DNA of 64,000 bases from Oculina patagonica (lineage: Eukaryota). The stretch's first letter is position 1, and every line of letters starts with the position of its first letter. Under the pieces are notes generated by a model. The model was not told the DNA's origin, made no database searches, and worked only from the letters and a program-made list of their open reading frames with translations. The stretch covers positions 20,336,001 to 20,400,000 of the forward strand of contig NC_135764.1 of assembly GCF_052425735.1 (NCBI RefSeq), given 5' to 3'. Positions 47,502-57,402 of this stretch are shown here, piece by piece. The position numbers and the translations under genes are program-made.

Positions 47502-50500
47502 GCTTTTATTTATACACGATAAATATTGCAGCATAATAGCTGATGTGGTCGTGTCTTATGAAAATAACAATAAATTAAGAAATCAATAAACTACGCTAAA
47601 TCATTAGAGTCCCTAGATGATACAACAGATTTAAAAACCATGTTCTATTAATGAACTTTTGAAACCCGCCAAAGATTCTTCAAGGCGGGCCTCATTGTCT
47701 AATGAGTTCCAAAAAGAGGCCCCTGCAAATTTAATTGACTTCTTAACAAAGTCCGTATTAGGCTTGGGAAGCACCAAGCAGTTCTTTCTTCTTAGATTAT
47801 ATCCGCTCTCTTGTTTTGACCACAAGTGACGTAGGTGGGAGGGAGCATCTCCGGAGACGCATTTGTACACTAAACAAAGTATCCGTCGAATGTACATTTG
47901 CTTTAAAGACTTTCACTTGGTTTTCAGTAAATACCTCATCTGAGGGGGTAAGCCAGTCGAGACCGTAAATTCAACTTGGCCGCACGTACATGAATCTTCT
48001 CAAGTTCACTAAAAATTGCTGCACCACACGAACCCCAGACAAGCATTCCATACGTAACAGAGGGTAAAATTACTTTAAAATAAAAGTCAACCCTTACTTG
48101 AACTGGTAAAAAATACAATGATCGCAAGAGGTTTAGTTTTTTAGTAAAGCATTTGCACAATTCCTTGACGTGAATGTTCCATTTGAGCATATTGTCAATT
48201 TTAACACCTAAACACTTTGCGGAGTTTACATGATTAATGTAATTGTCACCATGTTTAATGCCTTGTAAAGGGCCAATGAATGGTCCACGCTGTAAAAACA
48301 TATATTCTGTCTTTCCTGGGTGTGGTGTGAGGGAGTTATGGCAACACCAGCGATATAACTCGCGAAGAACAGAATTCAAGACGCTAGCTACCTTGTCTGG
48401 ACTTGGGGACGCGACGTAGATAGTGGTGTCATCAGCATACATGTGTAGCTCCCCTTCTCTATCGTCTATTATGGTAGGCAGGTCATTGCAAAACAGAGCA
48501 AATAGGATTGCGAGCAAGCGCGTAGCGAGAGTGAGAGGATTGGGGCGAGCGCGAAGCGCGTGCGGTGGGTACCTTTCCTTTCCTTCCCGTGTCTCCCTTC
48601 GCCCCGCTTTCCTCAATAATTAACTAGCATTTCTCCCAACGATCGCTAGCGACTGGGGACGAGGCAGTAAAACACGATCAAATGTAGGAGCCCATTATCC
48701 GGAGCGTGCAACTTCCGTATATTTGTGCAAAGGCGTTTTCACAAGTAAAGTTATTTTTAGCAAAGCCTTCCCGCAAAAATTACCGCTTCCGATGAAGTCA
48801 GCTACTACTTTGCGACGAAATACTGAAATCATTGCTTGACATGCTGTCAGAACACTACGAAAAAGTTTCCTCGCGTGTATGCGCAATGGTAACTTCTCAG
48901 GTGGACGAGGTACTGTAGTTGCGTATCAACAGTCTATTGCAAAATCGCGTGTGATCAGTTGGCTTTCCGAAACCAATTCGCGGGCCGAAAATATTAGGGA
49001 GCTTTAGCAAACCACGACGGCAACGTGAACGAGAACGTCACCAAACAAAAGATTTAATGAGCAGAATAATAGCTATGCACGTGCGTTTTCAATCCTGGTA
49101 CATTTCTAGGCCGTTGTCTGCGAAACAACAACGTGAAATGACCAAGTTCTGCGTATATTGGAGAACGTGAACAATGACAGCTAAATTTCCGTATTTCTAT
49201 TTGGGGATGAACGCTTTTTTTACATATTCAGCTTGGGCTAGTTCCTAAACCAACAGAGAGAGATTCTCGAGTAATAAATAAATTCATTTTGCACCAGGGG
49301 TTGTCCTCGGCGTCGCCGTCGTCATTGTTAAAGCTCCCTAATCTAAAGATGACTTTACTTGTGAAAACGTCGTTTCACAAACGCAGTATGGAAGTTGCAC
49401 GCTCCGAGTAATGGGCTCCTGTCAAAGTTTAACATCCTTGAACAGGTAAGTGAAAACTTTTCAAACCTCTCCCTCATGTTGGTGACATGGTTCTTCATTG
49501 TTTTTCTTGTCCAGGGTGCAAGAGCGTGTTTTTTGCGAGACATTCCATTTTCTGGTATTTATTTTCCGGCCTACGCCCATCTCAAAGGGTACTTCGCACA
49601 CGAAAGTGGTCAAACTGGAGCTGGTGGACTATTTGCTGCTGCTATGATTGCTGGTAAGAGCAATGTAATGAGAGATAACCTGGTCAGAAAGTGACCCTCT
49701 AAGCTCACTGTTACCTCCTGTAACCATTTAAAAAAAAAACGTATAAAACAGATCTTAAGTGTTAAAAAGGAAAAACAACTGAATTTTCGACTGCGTTCTG
49801 CGGTCTTTTTCAGAGAAATGACTGCAAGAGTAACAGAATGTAAATTTTGCCCCCCTAGGGAGGCAACCAGCAAGGCATAAACCCCTGGGAAGGGCGCTCT
49901 TTTATTAACAGAGTTTTGTCCAGGAATAAGTGCAATGACTCTAGAAATAACCGTTTGTCCTTGTTATCCACGCCTGTTTCCAGAATGCTCGCGTAATTAG
50001 GGTGTATGTCGTGGCCAGTGGTTTCGGCATTTCCCATTTGTTTTTGTTTTTTTGTTTTCCCATTTGCTTTTTTGTTTTTGTTTTTCTTACCCCATGTAAC
50101 GTTTGTTAATTGTCTTGTGTTCTTATAGGTGTACCTGCAGCAGGTCTGTGTACCCCAGCTGACGTTATCAAGACCAGGTTACAGGTAAACAAGCGTATCT
50201 ATATTTTCTATTGAAGTGTACACAACAGCGTTACGACCGACTGACAAGAGGAGACAAAATATTTATTAACTCATGTGTTTTGTGGTATGCAGGTTAAAGC
50301 CAGAGCAGGTCAGGCAGTCTACCGTGGGGTGATTGACTGTACAAGAAAAATATGGAAGGAGGAAGGAGGCAGAGCGTTTTGGAAAGGAGCAGGAGGTCAG
50401 TTTGTTTTCAGCTTTTCTTTGTGAAATCTTGAACTGGCCGATTCAATTCGCCCTAATGGACTGGTGTGTGTCTGCTTATTTATCCGGGACATTAGACCTT

Positions 50501-51494
50501 TCCCGCCATTACCTGCAGGACACGCGGCGCCAAGCTTTGCTGTGATTGGATGATTTAAAAAGAAGTCGCGGGTTGATTGGCTACAATGTAGCAAAGGATC
50601 ACTGAAGAATCGCCCTCTGTTTTAATAGGCTGTTTTGGTTCGTGACGAAATCTTTTCCCAAAAGGATTGCGTGAGAGGCATCAAAACTTTTGTTTACTAT
50701 CAGTGAAGTGTAAGGGCAAGAACATGCAAGGGTTTGACTAGTGCCAGTTGAATTTCGTTTTACTGTTAACTTTTCCTTGTCTGTTTTAGCTCGTGTTTTT
50801 AGATCTTCGCCTCAGTTTGGAGTCACGTTACTCACGTACGAACTTCTTCAGAGAGTGTTTAAAGTGGATTTCAGTGGAAAAGGGTGAGTGTGAATCTTCA
50901 AACACCATTTCCTTCCTATATTGAAACTTCTATTTTGGAAGCAAACATCTTTACGCTGAATAGAGACTGAGATGACCCCATAAGAGGTTAAAATACAGTT
51001 GTAACTGTACTTGCCAATCTTTTACCCAACGACTGCGAGTTTCCGGTCAGCAAGAAGTGAAAAAGGTTCTTCTCTGATTGGTAGCAGCGCGGTGCATGGG
51101 TTTCATGAACAGAACTTTGACAAAGTAAACCCAATGTAAAACTCTATTTCGTTTTTCGGTCCTGTTTGGGGTCTGTTCGTTCGTCCATACTCACGTTTGG
51201 GTTCCGAATTTTTCGTTTGCTGTTTTCTTCTTCTTGTTTTAAACCAGTATTTAGAGGTTTTTATTTAGCTTTAAGACCGTTTCATTTTCTTTCTGCAACA
51301 GAGCGGTGGTACACGAAGCCTGGAGTGAGAAAAGATCGTTCAACCCAGACATATCCATGCATCCTGACCACATTGGCGGCATGAGACTGGCCGTGGCCTC
51401 GTTTGCAGGCATTGAGACTAGGTTCGGCTTGTGCTTGCCCAAGTTCTCTCACACGTCATCGTTTCACACTTCAGGACAAAAGAAAGTCACATGA
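34030..51494 (+). CDS. SLC25A12: Calcium-binding mitochondrial aspartate/glutamate carrier (aralar/citrin), 699 aa, 20 exons
   Basis: Exons 34030-34107, 34239-34289, 36031-36173, 37798-37913, 38486-38625, 39409-39552, 40414-40552, 42578-42612, 42992-43050, 43589-43673, 44515-44605, 45193-45345, 46051-46103, 46393-46473, 47180-47326, 49515-49653, 50129-50184, 50293-50395, 50790-50883, 51302-51494 (2100 nt, phases consistent). EF-hand DQTKDGLISFSE; carrier motifs [30 protein letters not shown]; [24 protein letters not shown]; C-terminal [20 protein letters not shown]. Likely co-ortholog of SLC25A12/13. Exon 1 is the least certain. Confidence 0.95.
35135..35445 (+). mobile_element. tRNA-derived SINE with CORE-like central domain
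   Basis: A box tggttagcgcg, B box ggttcgagccc, then caagacactttactctcacagtgcc..ccacccaggtgtataaatgggtacc; three more copies in this window. Confidence 0.8.
36367..37327. mobile_element. Tc1/mariner-type non-autonomous element (ta|ccgtaaa ... tttacgg|ta)
   Basis: TA TSD, short TIR and subterminal ataagccgca repeats; CpG-rich relative to the surrounding intron; followed by low-quality sequence. Confidence 0.55.
38044..38141. mobile_element. Hairpin MITE with TAG..CTA termini and 9-bp TSD offset by a CATGTA insert
   Basis: tagcttcctacgcagatgtt ... aacatctgcgtaggaagcta; gcaaaaggc (38035-43) / gcaaaaagc (38148-56). Confidence 0.8.
38712..38975 (+). mobile_element. tRNA-derived SINE, CpG-decayed copy
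   Basis: Aligns to 35135-35445 (tggttagtgcactggactcc, agccctggcc, tgtgttcttgg..agacactt). Confidence 0.7.
39015..39361 (-). mobile_element. tRNA-derived SINE (antisense) interrupted by a TIR element at 39065-39238
   Basis: gagagtaaagtgtcttgcccaagaac..ggccagggcttgaacc..gcgctaacca; nested cagtggcagatc..gatctgccactg. Confidence 0.75.
40739..41099. mobile_element. TIR element with 6-bp TSD
   Basis: ataaac|cacgggcaccca ... tgggtgcccctg|ataaac. Confidence 0.65.
41560..41640 (+). mobile_element. RTE-clade LINE reverse-transcriptase C-terminal fragment
   Basis: [21 protein letters not shown] is characteristic of RTE-clade ORFs; runs into low-quality sequence and the gap. Confidence 0.7.
41835..41973. 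other. Assembly gap (139 N) preceded by low-quality purine-rich consensus
   Basis: N run. Confidence 1.
42015..42127. mobile_element. Hairpin MITE, same family as 46111-46199
   Basis: tagactaggagcagtccctattttt ... aaaaatagggactgctc. Confidence 0.7.
42657..42831. mobile_element. pogo/Tc1-type MITE with CAG..C(C/T)G ends and TA TSD
   Basis: ta|cagttgaatcctgataactcgaacc ... ggttcgagttatcgggattcaaccg|ta; internal taactcgaa repeats. Confidence 0.85.
43135..43350 (-). mobile_element. tRNA-derived SINE, antisense and decayed
   Basis: Reverse-complement similarity to 35135-35445 (ctactcc..cctggatgg, cccatttacac.c.tgggtgga, ccctggccag). Confidence 0.6.
45503..45805. mobile_element. Harbinger-type MITE, copy 1
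   Basis: gggagcttaagca..cgac.gcaacgtgaacgagaacgtcac ... cgtcgccgtcgtcattgcttaagattcc; colinear with 48997-49338. Confidence 0.8.
46111..46199. mobile_element. Hairpin MITE whose 9-bp TSD duplicates the exon 13 splice donor
   Basis: cggtaagct|tagactacgagcagtccctatttttcgcagagt ... actctgcgaaaaaatagggacagctcgtagtcta|cggtaagct. Confidence 0.9.
46662..46858 (-). mobile_element. tRNA-derived SINE of a second family, antisense
   Basis: Reverse B box (gggaatcgaaccc) and body aaaaccggagaaccc..aaaaccct.ggagcaaggacgagaa.caacaacaaactcaacccaca. Confidence 0.65.
47373..48667. mobile_element. Hairpin MITE with 9-bp TSD hosting a LINE insertion
   Basis: taaaacacg|ctgcctcctcc ... ggggacgaggcag|taaaacacg. 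Confidence 0.8.
47441..48503 (-). mobile_element. 5'-truncated CR1/L2-group LINE (RT fragment) with (ATT)n tail
   Basis: [29 protein letters not shown] then, after a frameshift, [14 protein letters not shown]; tail 47441-47500; flanking aggatt at 47435-40 and 48504-09. Confidence 0.9.
48997..49338. mobile_element. Harbinger-type MITE, copy 2 (TWA flanks)
   Basis: tta|gggagctttagcaa ... ttgttaaagctccc|taa. Confidence 0.85.
49690..50030 (-). mobile_element. Penelope-like retroelement 3' fragment (GIY-YIG endonuclease C-terminus plus degenerate hammerhead)
   Basis: [33 protein letters not shown] matches the GH..IL..R..ES pattern of Penelope endonucleases; downstream ctgaaaa-agac..gtc-gaaa. Confidence 0.65.
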
Positions 51495-52453
51495 GAATTC
51501 CCTTGATTGGAGATAACCTAAAGAACATGGCGTCAAAGAGTGATCTCATGAGCTGAATGAAAAGAGAATTGCTGGACAATTTCCTCGTCAATTTTCAGTC
51601 GATCAATGCCCAAGATGTATTTTACAACATTAATTCTTTATATAATTTATGCGATGTTTCGAGCAGTCTCGAAGCCGCCTCTATGCTTCTATTTTGGGTT
51701 GTTCTCTTGTTACACTTCAGCAATTTGAGTAGTAGCGTTGCTATGGCCTCGGGTTCATTAGTTATTCAAAATGAAGCGGTTTTCCGAGCTGGAGCTGGTG
51801 TAAGCATAAAACTAAAGACATAACAAAGCCAATATCGTAGCGGAGCCTGAACTAACAGCGAACCAATCGAAACCCGAGGAGGAAATCGTGGCCGAAGAAA
51901 AAGCGCGGGAAAGATCACGCGGGTCATTTACCCTCTTCTGATGCGCCTGATTGGCTGGAAGAACTGGGACTTGCTGACTGATAGCCGCTTGGTGCATGAA
52001 GATTCGTGAACGAATCACGGAACTCGGCTAAAGCGAACTCAATGTAAACACGATGCGAAAAGCTGCTATGGCCAATGGCGAAAAAATCTCTAATATATGC
52101 TACGGAGTATAGGTCACCGTCACACATTTGCGTTTATATTTAGAAAAAAAATTCACCACATTGCGCACCAATTTACCAATTATTAACACTCAAATAGCAT
52201 ATCTCCAGTATCAGAAAGAACCACAGGGCTTCATAGTGGGTGGGAGAGAAATAAAAACCTAGAAGATAGTTTCCTAGGTAGATACCTCAGGACGCTTGTG
52301 GATTATTCTGAGACATATTTCGAACGAATTGGGGTCAGTTGTTAGACGTTCAACCCTTTGAATGAATGATAAATTTCTTTGAGAAGTCATCTTTAAAAAT
52401 TACATTATTTCAATCAGTTTTCAAATTCGCTGTTTTTTTTCTAATTTTTCGCG

Positions 52454-52917
52454 GTAGCTTTAGGAAAAAGACGATATGATTAAGTTATGCATGAGATAAA
52501 AAAAAATGATTCACATTCGTGATTGGGTGCAAAACAAAATCGGTTGACTTGATATGGGGTAAGCAGGGAAAATAGATGCTCCAGGTCAAAATCGGGAGGG
52601 GTTGGTTTTTAATTCACAACCCTATACCCCAGCAAGAACATTGTTGAACTGCTGTCAATATCCGTGAGTCAGCATAGCCTCGTAAACAGTAATTTAGATA
52701 TAGTGTTGTTTAAATTTTATTTGTAATGTCGGTATTGTTTTGTGGTTATGGAATTTATGTAAACAAAAACTATGGTTATTCATAGCAAAATGTTCTCAAA
52801 CATTTGCGCAGAATGTACGAGCTGTTTGCTACATACTATTTGAACACTGGCGATTGCTTTCTCGTGTTACTTTGTCATTTTGTAACACTTAAGATGTGAA
52901 AGAATAGAATTATATTT
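52454..52917 (+). repeat. Direct repeat copy 1 (partner 56014-56462)
   Basis: Colinear blocks gtagctttagg, gattgggtgcaaaac, tataccccagcaagaacattg, tgagtcagcatagcctcgt and tgttactttgtcat. Confidence 0.85.
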
Positions 52918-53743
52918 CAGACTCGGTTTCAAAATCATGTGACGACAAATGGTTGGTTTTCTTCAGTATATTTTAATTCTCTTGTGATGTTTTTCCTTTT
53001 CTAATTCAAATCAACACTGAATTACTATTATAGGTAAATTACATTTTAAACGCCATAACTGTAACTACCACACTTTCTTTAGTTGACCTTGCAATACCGG
53101 GCCTTGAATGAATGCATTAGTCCAAAACAATTTAGACCCATTGTATTTATAAGGTCCTTGGTGTTATTAAGCCGAAAAAGTTCTTGGAGGCGACTGTCCT
53201 TTGACAATATAACAAAAAAGATCCTTAACTTAATTTCAAAATTGTCCTCGAATGACTTCATTTTTCGGGCACTTTTCGGGACTACTCATGCAACAGCATA
53301 CCTTTTCCTTGTCCTTTATTGCCAATATCAACTTTCACTTGCTTTAAAAAAAGATATTAATAATAAATAATAATCGCGAAATTTAGTACGCGCAAAAAAA
53401 ACATATTGCGTAAAATTTTAACACGCGAAAATTAATACCATATGATATATCAAAACAATAAAAATTTTAAATGTTTCGAACTGCAATTATTTACCTTTTA
53501 AAATATCTTTCCCTATTGTTTTTGACCAGCACCTTTTCTCTGATTACTGTTTCGAGCTTTGAATTCGATTGTAAATTGGTTCAAATCACTGAAAAATCGC
53601 GGAATTTAATACACTTTTTCTCTAATTTTTCTTGCAATCGCGAAAATTAAAACTTGCAAATTAGTCAGAATAAGTATAAGCGGACAAACTCGCCAGGATC
53701 GCGGGCTCTTGATAAGCACGCGCTCGCTCTCGCTGCGACATTA

Positions 53744-55467
53744 CTAGTCACGGTCTATGGACTCAAGGCTATTAAGAACACCTGTAAAAACTTGAAGTGA
53801 ACAACCTTTAAAATAGTATTGGGGTTTTGCTCTATTCTTGATGGTCATCTTGCTGACAGGAACATTTGTCTTGTTGTTCCACTCGTCTTTTTCATGGTCG
53901 TAGCACTCAACTGTATCGCTCCATCTGTGACCACTACTATAATAACGAAATGACGTGCGACCACCAAGCACGAATAGCACATCGTCGACCAACACCATGC
54001 TCCCTAAATTTCGATTCAATTTCAAGTTGGCTATCAATTGCCACTCATCTGTTAGGATGTTGTAAACTTCACAACTATTCATGAATATAACTTGGGAAAC
54101 ACCGTAAATCCAACGACCTCCAGCAATGAAAATTTGTTCATTTTTGCAAACACCAAAAGCGCCTATCCTCTCCTCGTTCAAAGGTGCTATGTTCAGCCAG
54201 TCATCTGTCTCGGTGTCGAATCTTGAACATTCCGAGAGTGGTCGGTCTGAAAAGCTACCAGAATATGCCCGATAACGTATATGTACCTGCCTACAGCCAC
54301 GGCACAGAAAGATGATTTTTCAACCCAGTTAAACAACGGCGTCAACGAATTTGTGTCAAGGCTGTATGTCCAAAGAGAGGTAGATCTGACTTCTGCTACA
54401 ATAAAAAATATTTGGTTTGCGACAGCTAACACGTTCTGAAGATCATCTGTGGTGAATGGCAGGTTTGAATCCAGTTTTGTCCACGGTGCTGGTGACCAGC
54501 GGTTCAAATCAGGATCGTAGCATTGGGATGTGGCGATATCATCAGTAACAACGAATATCTTCCCGCGAAATGAAACAATGTGTCGTACCTTTGGTTGGCC
54601 TTCAATTGCAGGCAAATGGTACCACTCATCTTTTGCCGGAAGATAACAGCGCGGGTGGACTTCGCCCACAAAATCTGTTATCACAATAACACTTGTTTTT
54701 AAAGAATTCCTTGGAGAATGTGGCCGTGGAACATTACAATCAGTTGACCCATCAATCCAGTTTAATGCAGCAGTCACCCTGTCGAGGCAGGCTAAACTTT
54801 CTTTCACAAGATAATTTGTCACGAACTCCTTTATTAAAAAGTCACGCGATATAGTCGTCAGTCGAACGTGACAAAACAGCTCGCCGAATTTCACGCTTCG
54901 TTCACTTTTGTTGTGATCAATCCATCGAAGTATGATTTCAAAAACGTTTTCCTCGCCGTCAATCACTATCTCATCGCTTGAAATCCATTTTTCAACTTCG
55001 TGGCTTGGCAAATTTAGAAACTCGTCAGATGCAGCGACGGTGGTAAAGTTTGAGTTGATGAATTTCCGGGTGCTAGCGATTAGCTCTTCACATGAATACA
55101 GTTCAGCTATTGAATAGTAAATTGACATGCAGTTTTCAGTGGTCATGTGTTGCTCGAGAAATTTACCGGCGATAGTTTTAAGGTTTGAAAGGAGCAGATA
55201 ATCTGCCACTGCGATCAGGCTCTCAGCGTTCTCTTGACTAGAAATCTGAACGTTGCCAGTATAAATAAACTGTAGAATATCTGCCATCTGAGACTCGGTT
55301 ATCCACTCCAGTCGAATAACTCCTTCATTATTCTCTTTCATGTCGGTGCTGAGAAGCTTTTCAAAGAAAGGACTCGCTTGTGAAAGAACATTTCTGTGAG
55401 CCTGGAACTCCTTTCCATCTTTCACCACCAAAGTTATGTCGAATTGATTTGGATGATCTTCAGACAT
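53744..55467 (-). CDS. Intronless kelch-like BTB-BACK-Kelch protein with one apparent frameshift at ~54269 (pseudogene or sequencing error)
   Basis: MSEDHPNQFDITLVV..BTB, BACK and Kelch repeats (CYDPDLNRW, YIYVIG, FIAGG..CEVYNILTDEW, FVLGG..VECYDHEKDEW). ORFs 54193-55482 and 53744-54181 join if the frame shifts in the GGG at 54268-54270. Confidence 0.85.
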
Positions 55468-56013
55468 GTTTTTTTGTCTCATAAACGATGAATTTATTAA
55501 CTTAAGCGTTGATTCGAGGGAGCACTTTCAGTTTCAAGTTCTTTAATTCAGCTGTTGGCGCTTGTTGCAGATCGTACTCGTCAATAAAGAAATACTCAGG
55601 TAGTAAGCAGCTGTGTAGTAGCCCTCGTCTCCTGCAAAAGTAAATCTTCCTCATTAAAGCGCGTGACTGCTACTGCTGTCACTTAGAATGATTTCCTTTT
55701 GGATAATAAAGTATCCTGGTTGCGTGCTACACAGAAAGAGATGTCAATGTCACGCAATTTGAACAGAACAACAGGACTGCAACGCGTACATGAGTGGCTT
55801 GCTCCTGCTGACATGTAAATTAGCTATTTAATTATTGCACAGCAGACATCCACCCCGATTTTACGATCGTCGATTTAAAACAACGATATTCCTGATTTAA
55901 CGATCAACATTCTGTGTCCCGGGAAAAGTTACAGCAGTTTTACAAATACCGTTCGCAGAGTGCTGTTCATTAGTTTAGTTTTTAAAAAATCGCATAAAGC
56001 TCGTCATGTCCCT

Positions 56014-56462
56014 GTAGCTTTAGGGACGGAGACAATATGATTCAGTTATCGTACATAGAAAAAAAAATCATTTACATTCGCGATTGGGTGCAAAACAGAA
56101 TCGTTTGTCTTGATATGGATAAGCAGGAAAAATAGATGTTCCAGGTCATTAATTTGGAGGGGTTCTTAATTCACAGCCTTATACCCCAGCAAGAACATTG
56201 TGAAACTACTGTTTATATCTATGAGTCAGCATAGCCTCGTGCACAGTGATTTAGATATAGTGTATTTGTAACGTCGAGTTTTTTTATGATTGTAAAGTTT
56301 ATGTAAAAAAATACAGTTATTCATAACAGAATGTTCTCAAATATATGTTGGAGCTTTTTCCTACATAATAATTATTTAAACACAGGAGCTTGCTTTCTTG
56401 TGTTACTTTGTCATATTTTGTACTGAATAGATAATGCGATGTGGAAGAATATGATTACATTT
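56014..56462 (+). repeat. Direct repeat copy 2 (partner 52454-52917)
   Basis: See partner; offset 3560 bp. Confidence 0.85.
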
Positions 56463-57076
56463 TTTCGCTGCGTCATATTGGAACAACATTGTGGAGAAAA
56501 TTACCAACAGCCGAAAGATTAGCAAAGACACTTAAAGCTTTTACAAGCTGCATTCGCAAAACATGACAAGACACGAGAAGTTCGGTCATTTGAAATGACC
56601 GAACTTTGATCCGGACTAAAGATAAAACAATAGAAGTCGCTGACAGATCTCACAGCAAGAATTGCTTGAACGCTTTGGTAAATGAACGCGTAATGCCAAT
56701 CACACGTCAACGCCTTGCACGCTTAAGAAACCCAGCCGCGCAATTTAAGCGCAATGACTTATACAATATCAATCGCTTCCAGCAATTTACAAGGCGAATG
56801 AAAAGCAATAGATTGTAAAAGCTCTCGGGAAATAACGGGTGCGTTTTCAATTAGCCCTGCTCTTAAAAATCTTATGAACAGTTTCCCAATAAAGCTGTTT
56901 TAAAAACATTACTCTGTTTAATTCTGTTTAATTATTTATTTTTTGCTTGGCGGCTTGTACTTGGCGGTCAGGTTCTCTACACTGATAAAAAATAGGAAAC
57001 AATAGTGGAAACATCGAACCAGATGAGGCGTTAGTAGTCCTTATGTTACCTCGAACTGTTTGAGGCGTATCACCCG

Positions 57077-57300
57077 CCCGGGGGGGGGGGGGGTACTCCC
57101 TATAATGGCCTATACGGGGAGGCTCCGCCCGAAAGGGGTACCTTTTTCAGGCTTCAGGTATATGAAAGGGTAGGGATTTCACAAGTTTAGGTATACGAAA
57201 GGATATGGAAATCAGTCATTAAGGTTTTTAAAAGGGCCTTTTAATAAAAATATTTCGAGCAGATGCAATTTATGGCTGTATAATTTCAGTTTATCGAATT
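57077..57300 (+). mobile_element. Partial interspersed repeat beginning cccggggg..gtactccctata, upstream of the GPCR
   Basis: Related ends occur in reverse at ~19320-19508 and at ~32880; the second TIR was not found. Confidence 0.45.
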
Positions 57301-57402
57301 TACCATTTTCGAAGATACATTTTTCGGCGCGAGATTGTTCAAGAGCTCAAAGGGAACAGTGAACTTTAGAAAAACACCGTGCTGCTGAAAACACACACGA
57401 TC

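Noticed and set aside
47936-48616. Stand-alone 226-aa reverse transcriptase gene
   Set aside because: The N-terminal part is MITE sequence read through; the RT is a 5'-truncated LINE lacking the early RT motifs.
51812-52127. Possible antisense GPCR-like fragment downstream of SLC25
   Set aside because: Only vague similarity, with stops and no DRY/NPxxY motif; part of it resembles the repeat at ~50420-50560.
52454-56462. LTR retrotransposon
   Set aside because: No TG..CA ends, PBS/PPT, TSD or gag/pol; kept only as direct repeats.
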